Both the position numbers and the translations under genes were made by a program. From Mobula hypostoma (lineage: Eukaryota), in the NCBI RefSeq assembly GCF_963921235.1, contig NC_086097.1:197658001-197722000 (forward strand): 64,000 nt of DNA. Reading direction: 5' to 3'. Numbering within the stretch: the stretch's first letter is position 1; the number at the start of each line of letters is the position of its first letter. Shown here piece after piece: positions 57,330 through 64,000 of this stretch. The notes beneath the pieces are model-generated. The model saw only the letters and a list, made by a program, of their open reading frames with translations, ran no database searches and was not told the DNA's origin.

Positions 57330-58871
57330 CAGTTTTTAGATTCAGCATCCACAGCTATTTTCACATTTTGCTTTCTCATTTTCTATATCTTAAATATATT
57401 GAAGTAGGATTTTTTGAGCTAATCTGTAAAATGTTGTAGATCATGTCACATCAAAAGAAAATTTTCAAAACCTGAAAATAATTTACTAAAATTTAAAAAC
57501 CAAAATTATGAGGCTGAAGAAGTATTCACCCCCTTAGTAATTACAACGCTAACTTTCCTCAGGTGCAATATACAGTTTTACCATATCAACTCATGCAATT
57601 TGTTGATGTAGAAAATTGGAAGGTTACCTGTTTTCAATGAATAATAAACAATAAATACCTCCTCTCTTTGTAAGATCCAACAGTATGGAACATTTTCAAG
57701 GAAAAGTCAGGAAAATTATAATAATGAAGCACAAATCTGGGGAAGGGTACCAGACCACCTCAAAGGCACTGAGCATACCTCAGAGCTTAGTGCAGTCCAT
57801 CATAAAAAAGTGGAAAAAATATGAAACCACAGCCACACTGCCTATGTCAGGCCGCCCCTCTAAACTTAGTTGTCAGAAAAGAATGACACTTATAAGAGAG
57901 GCTACTGTGACGTCAACAGTCACTCTAAGTGAGCTGCAGAAGTCTGTAGCTATAACAACTTCACAAAAAAGGTATTAATGGAAGAGTGGCAAGGAAGAAG
58001 CCTTGGCAAAAAAAAAATGCATATGCTTGCCTGTAAAGACTTTGCAAAGTGTCACTTAGAAGATACTGTAAAGATGTGGAGGAAGTTTTTTTTGGTCCAT
58101 TGAGACTAAAGTGGAATTTTTTGGCCTCAGTACTAAGTGGTACATATGGTGTGAATCCAAAATTGCACCATCAGCCAGGTAACACCATCTCTACTGTAAA
58201 GTATGGTAAAGGTTGCATCATGCTATGGGGATGCTTTTCAGCAGCAGGGACTGGAAATCTGGTTAGGATTGATGGGAAGAATAATGCTGCTAAATACAGA
58301 GAGGCCCTGGATTAAAACCTGCTAGCTTCTGCTGGGAAGCTTAAACTGGAGAGGAAGTTCATCTTTCAGCAGGACAATGACCCAAAGCACGTTGCCAGAG
58401 CAACCATGAAATAGCTTCAAATGAAGAAAATTGATATCCTTGAGTAGCACAGTCAGAGTCTTGACCTTAACCCAATCTAGCACCTCTGGCAAGACCTGAA
58501 GATTGCTGACACCGCTGCTCCCCAACTATCCTGGTACAACTTGAGAATTTTGCAAGGAGGCAAATCTTCCTCCACCAAGTTGTGAAAAACTAATTGAGAC
58601 TTATCTAGAAAGACTACTGGCTGTAGTAGCTGTGAGAGGTGGTTCAACTAAGTTCTGAGCAGAGGGGAAAGAATACTTTTGAACTGCTGACATTTCAGCT
58701 TTTGAATTTTTAGATTTTCATGCTTTAAAATATTACCCGTTTTTTGGTCTGTACTGTGAAAAACAGGGTGTGTAATCCACAAATAGAAAGAATTCAGTTA
58801 AAGTGATCGAAATCTCTGGTTGTAATACTTACTTATGTGAACAAAGGGTTGGGTGCTGAGTACTTTTACTG
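57330..58871 (+). mobile_element. Degenerate Tc1-like transposon (second family)
   Basis: KHKSGEGYQTTSKAL...SGRPSKL; TVKYGKGCIMLWGCFSAAGTG; FQQDNDPKH...SQSLDLNPI; decayed TA-cagt...actg-TA ends. Confidence 0.85.
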
Positions 58872-59127
58872 TAGATTTCAGAAAGAAATCCTAAAGTTAT
58901 TCTGAGGATTGGGAATTTTCATACATGTAGAGTCTGGAGATGGTAGGACAAAAATAGAAAATATCAGAAACGCCCTGCAAATCAAGCATCATCCATTGAA
59001 TGTGAAAGAGAGTTCATGCTTCCAAAGGAAACCCCTTTACCAAAACCAGTCACAACAATATTTTCTACGATTATCTTGATTGCTCATTTTTCCGATTTCT
59101 TTAATTTTTAAAAAAAATTTCATTTAT

Positions 59128-60367
59128 TGGAGATGTAACTAGTAGAGTGGATAGGGGAGAACCAGTGGATGTGGTATATTTGGATTTTCAAAAGGCTTTT
59201 GACAAGGTCCCACACAGGAGATTAGTGTGCAAACTTAAAGCACACGGTATTGGGGGTAAGGTATTGGTGTGGGTGGAGAATTGGTTAGCAGACAGGAAGC
59301 AAAGAGTGGGAATAAACGGGACCTTTTCAGAATGGCAGGCGGTGACTAGTGGGGTACCGCAAGGCTCAGTGCTGGGACCCCAGTTGTTTACAATATATAT
59401 TAATGACTTGGATGAGGGAATTAAATGCAGCATCTCCAAGTTTGCGGATGACACGAAGCTGGGTGGCAGTGTTAGCAGTGAGGAGGATGCTAAGAGGATG
59501 CAGGGTGACTTGGATAGGTTGGGTGAGTGGGCAAACTCATGGCAGATGCAATTTAATGTGGATAAATGTGAAGTTATCCACTTTGGTGGCAAAAATAGGA
59601 AAACAGATTATTATCTGAATGGTGGCCGATTAGGAAAAGGGGAGGTGCAACGAGACCTGGGTGTCATTATACACCAGTCATTGAAAGTGGGCATGCAGGT
59701 ACAGCAGGCGGTGAAAAAGGCGAATGGTATGCTGGCATTTATAGCGAGAGGATTCAAGTACAGGAGCAGGGAGGTACTACTGCAGTTGTACAAGGCCTTG
59801 GTGAGACCACACCTGGAGTATTGTGTGCAGTTTTGGTCCCCTAATCTGAGGAAAGACATCTTTGCCATAGAGGGAGTACAAAGAAGGTTCACCAGATTGA
59901 TTCCTGGGATGGCAGGTCTTTCATATGAAGAAAGACTGGATGAACTGGGCTTGTACTCGTTGGAATTTAGAAGATTGAGGGGGGATCTGATTGAAACGTA
60001 TAAGATCCTAAAGGGATTGGACAGGCTAGATGCAGGAAGATTGTTCCCGATGTTGGGGAGGTCCAGAACGAGGGGTCACAGTTTGAGGATAGAGGGGAAG
60101 CCTTTTAGGACCGAGATTAGGAAAAACTTCTTCACACAGAGAGTGGTGAATCTGTGGAATTCTCTGCCACAGCAAACTGTTGAGGCCAGTTCATTAGCTA
60201 TGTTTAAAAGGAAGTTAGATATGGCCCTTGTGGCTACAGGGGTCAGGGGGTATGGAGGGAAGGCTGGGTTCTGAGTTGGATGATCAGCCATGATCATAAT
60301 AAATGGCGGTGCAGGCTCGAAGGGCCGAATGGCCTACTCCTGCACCTATTTTCTATGTTTCTATGTT
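59128..60367 (+). mobile_element. Young 5'-truncated CR1 with an uninterrupted 375-codon RT C-terminal frame
   Basis: ORF 59147-60274 ([25 protein letters not shown]); tail ttctatgtttctatgt. Confidence 0.97.
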
Positions 60368-61147
60368 TGTGTGGTTCTTGAAACAAAACAATTTGGGAGA
60401 AATGTTGGTGGAAGTGTTTCAAATAATGAAAGTTATAGACTGGGTATAGAGCAAGACAATTCCAATGAGAAGTAGATGATTTTGGGTGAAAGTGATTAGC
60501 AAAAGAAAAAAGTAAGTTATGTGATAAAAATCTCTTTTTTGGCAGTGAGCAATCAGCTTCCTGAATGCAATGCTGGAGTAGTAGCATAAGGAGTTTTGAT
60601 TATAGTAGTCAGAAATGAGCTGGGTAAGTATCTTAAACAAAGAATTGTGAGTGGAACAGACTGCTTTGGGAAATAACAATGAACAGCTTTTGACACTAAG
60701 GCACTTCTGGGCCTACAAAATTTAGCCCCTAACAATCACAGCAATTAATATTTTTGGAAGTGTCAGAAGTATGATTTTAGTCTTTATCACGGGAAGCATA
60801 TCCTTTTCACTCCTTGTCGCTTAATTTGTTAAATGTAGCTTTTTTGCTGAGGGTGCCACTTCTACCTTTTTTTTATTATTCAATAGGTGAATTCATATCT
60901 GAAACCAATTGATTCTGGCAAAAATGAATTCCTGTACACACTTCATTGGTGAATAAATCAGAGACGGACAGTTAATCATTTTTTTGATTTCCACCCAAAT
61001 ACATTGTAATTGGCAGGAGGCTAATAAGGTGTCCAAGTTAGATTTATAAGTTTTTTTTTGAACAGAACCTATCTGGGAAAATTCTACATTGTGTAGTTGA
61101 TGTGGTTCCCATAATTGGTCTGGAACAGCTTGACAAGGAAAACTTAG

Positions 61148-62235
61148 TCATAGAATAATACAGCATGGAAACAGGCTCTTCAGCCAATTTGACCATAATT
61201 ACCAAGCTAGACTCATTTGTCCACATTTTGCCCATATCCCTCTAAGCCGCTTCTATCTATGTACTTTCCCAAATGTCTTCTGAATGTTGCTATTGTTCCT
61301 GCCTCAACCATTTTCTCTGGTAGCTCTGTTCATGAAGAAATTGCCTCTCAATTCCCTTTTTAAGTATATCACCTTTCTCCTTAAATCAATCCTGTAGATT
61401 TAGTTACACTTCCTTGGGCCTGTCATGATTTTATACACCTCTGTAAGGTTATCTCCTATGCTCCAAGAAATAAATTCTAGTCAGCTTAACCTCTCCCTAT
61501 GAGCCTCATGAGTCCTGGCAGCATCGTTGTAAATCTTCACTAGATTCTTTCCAGCTTAATGATACCTTCCCTATAACACGGAGACAAAAACTGTACATAA
61601 TACGTCATCATCAATATCTTGTGCAAACTGCGACATAAAGTTCCAGTTTCTGTGGCTGATTAAGGACAGCATGTCAAATGCCTTCTTTACCACCCTATCT
61701 ACCTGTGATACGATGTTTAGTGAATGTTTAAGATCCAATTCCTAAATGGACATTTGAACCCATGAGCACTATCTCACTTGTTTAATATATATTATTTCTG
61801 TTTAACATGATTTTTAATCTATTCAATATACATATTCTGTAATTGATTTACTTATTTATTTTTTTACTTTTTTTCTTCTATATTATGTATTGCATTGAAC
61901 TGCTGCTGCTAAATTATCAAATTTCATGACTCATGCCAGTGATAATAAACCTGATTCTGATTCCGACTAGGTCCTTCTGTTCCACAGTACTCCACATGGT
62001 CTGACCATTGACATTCTAAGACCTAAACTAGTTTGACTTCCCAAAATGTAATACCTCACTTTTGAAAGCCGTTTAGCAATTGTCAGCCCAGTTTCTTAGC
62101 TGGTCAAGATTCCCTCTGTAATTTTTGACTATCTTCTTCAGTGTCTGTGATACCATCTATTTTAATATTATCTACAAACTTATTGGCTATGCCTTGCATG
62201 CATACATCCAAATCATTTATAGTTTTATAGAGAAC
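61148..62235 (-). mobile_element. Old CR1 with a plus-strand Rex1 3' UTR inserted at about 61730-61965
   Basis: CR1 3' UTR and YVQFLSP remnant; the insert matches 15310-15510 with a gattct tail. Confidence 0.7.
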
Positions 62236-63579
62236 ATTTCCAAATCACTTTAGCTTGCTTATTGCCTTTATTGTAGTTGGCTATTCCTGAACAATTTCAT
62301 TAATTAAAATGCGTACCTCCTATGTTCCTTGTAGCTATCCATTTGATAATTCCGATGGTTTCTTCAGATGTTGCATTCTACCATAGAAGTGATGATGACT
62401 TCATGGCATTTGCCTAGTTGTGCATAATTCTTCTTTATCGAAAGTGGTCTCACTGAAGTTTTTTCATTGATCTACAAACATATTAATGTCAGGCACAGGG
62501 AACTATCCATCTCCCTTTGTGTTAAAATGTGACATGTAAGTGTAAACATCCCAAGTTACACTTTAGCTAGTTTTATATATTATTCTTAAGTGTACCAATT
62601 TTTGTTGCATGTATTCTCTATTTTCTGCACGTGGGCATGAGTTGGCCTCTTGTTGCTGTTTGATCAGTGAAAGATGTGCTTGAGACATGCAGTTACATCT
62701 TGTGGAGTGTATATTAATTTAAGGATAACCGGGTTTTGAGCATTGTGGAAGATTTAAATTCAGAGAAATAACAAAGGGCAGGAAAATTTGTTAAGGCTTT
62801 AGGTATTAAAATTGCTCATTTAAATCTCAAAGTACTAAGTGAAACAAAATATTTGGTTGAATAATAGAAGGTTAACAGGACTAGTAGTTAATTGAACATA
62901 TGCATACTGAGGGAAAATTTGCAGGAATGCTTTGATTGCTCATTCAAGGAGCCAAAATTGGTTGATGGAAAAATCTGTTATTTCATTCTTTGTTTATTGC
63001 TGCTTAGAGACAGCAAGTACAGTATAGTGTAAAATATTTTATTTAATTATTAATCCTACAGTGCTTTCTGTACTGGAATTCTGTCTGAACTTGTATAGGT
63101 TACTTCCAGTGCAAAATTGCTTGAGGAATGATGAAGTTATTTTTTCTACAGTACATTTGAGGAACAGCATATATTTATAGTAAATTTCAGCAATGATATA
63201 GTAAATTACAGCAACATGCTAATGTACTTGCCACCCTATCTCTGCCATCCCTAGCATCTGCAGGGTATGTTTCATGATTGCCAGAAAATCAGAGGCAAAG
63301 AGGGAGGTTAACAGTGGGAGTATACACACCATCTATCAATCTGTTACTAAAGGTAAAATATTTTCCAGCAGATGGTGAGAGTAGTATTGTTTCTTTTGTA
63401 ATGGACTTGGCTTCCTTACACCTTCTACATAGAGAACTCTCAGGGACTGCTATTACACTAAAATGTGTGTTAAGTTGAGTAAATCTAAAAGGAATTTGTA
63501 AGATCCAAAATCTAATTACACTAAATAAAAAAATCTATTTCCTCCGTTCCATTTAATGAATGGGAATGAAACAATAATG

Positions 63580-64000
63580 CCTCTACAATTACCCCTGAAA
63601 GGGTGTTTCATGCATCCACCACTCTGTGTAAGAACTTACCTCTGACATGCCCCCCCCCCCCATACTTTTCACTATAAAATTTTGTCAGCTCATATTAGCC
63701 ATTTCCACCCTGGTACTGTATATAGTTCCCAGCTATCCACTTGATCTATGTCTCTTACCATCTTATGCACCTCTATCAAGTCATTTCTCATCTCCTTCGC
63801 TCCAAAGAGAAAAGCCCTAGCTCTCTCAAGCTATCCTAATAAGACATGCTCTCTAATCCAGGCAGCATACTGGTAATTCTCCTTTGCACCCTCGCTAAAA
63901 CACCCACTTCCCTCCTAAAATGAGGCAACCAGAACGGAACACAATATTCCAACTGTGGTCTATCCAGGGTTTTATACAGCTGCAATATTACCTTGTGGCT
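63580..64000 (-). mobile_element. CR1 3' fragment running off the window edge
   Basis: Minus strand LQLYKTLDRPQLEYCVPFWLP...LERARAFLFG. Confidence 0.8.

Noticed and set aside
36664..60948. Scattered plus-strand exon candidates (about 36665-36767, 39825-39902, 52445-52502, 60888-60948)
   Set aside because: Splice-like signals with short open frames are expected by chance in 64 kb; no recognisable protein emerges when they are joined.

Overview
Eukaryotic, repeat-saturated DNA with no recognisable host gene; it is probably intronic or intergenic. The repeat set (CR1, Rex1/Babar, Penelope-like, RTE, Tx1, Tc1, Tigger/pogo, hAT MITE, V-SINE, tRNA-RTE SINE, solo LTRs) suggests a cartilaginous fish, probably a ray; this is inference from recalled repeat families. 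Main elements: a near full-length CR1 LINE (9659-13929) with only two ORF-breaking lesions, inserted into a Rex1 LINE; many Penelope-like fragments whose terminal repeats carry minimal hammerhead-ribozyme motifs; a 5-kb almost pure C/T tract (26600-31725); two Tc1 and four Tigger/pogo elements; and multi-layer nesting. The most interesting signal is at the CR1 ORF1/ORF2 junction. ORF2 has no AUG ahead of its endonuclease motifs, lies in the -1 frame, and an in-phase U-UUA-AAC slippery heptamer abuts the ORF1 stop, which suggests programmed -1 ribosomal frameshifting. Other leads: hammerhead-bearing fold-back mini-elements, Tigger elements resembling mammalian MER2 and Tigger4, and a diverged duplicated hairpin flanking the C/T tract. 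All family names come from motif recognition by eye, and boundaries of old elements are approximate.
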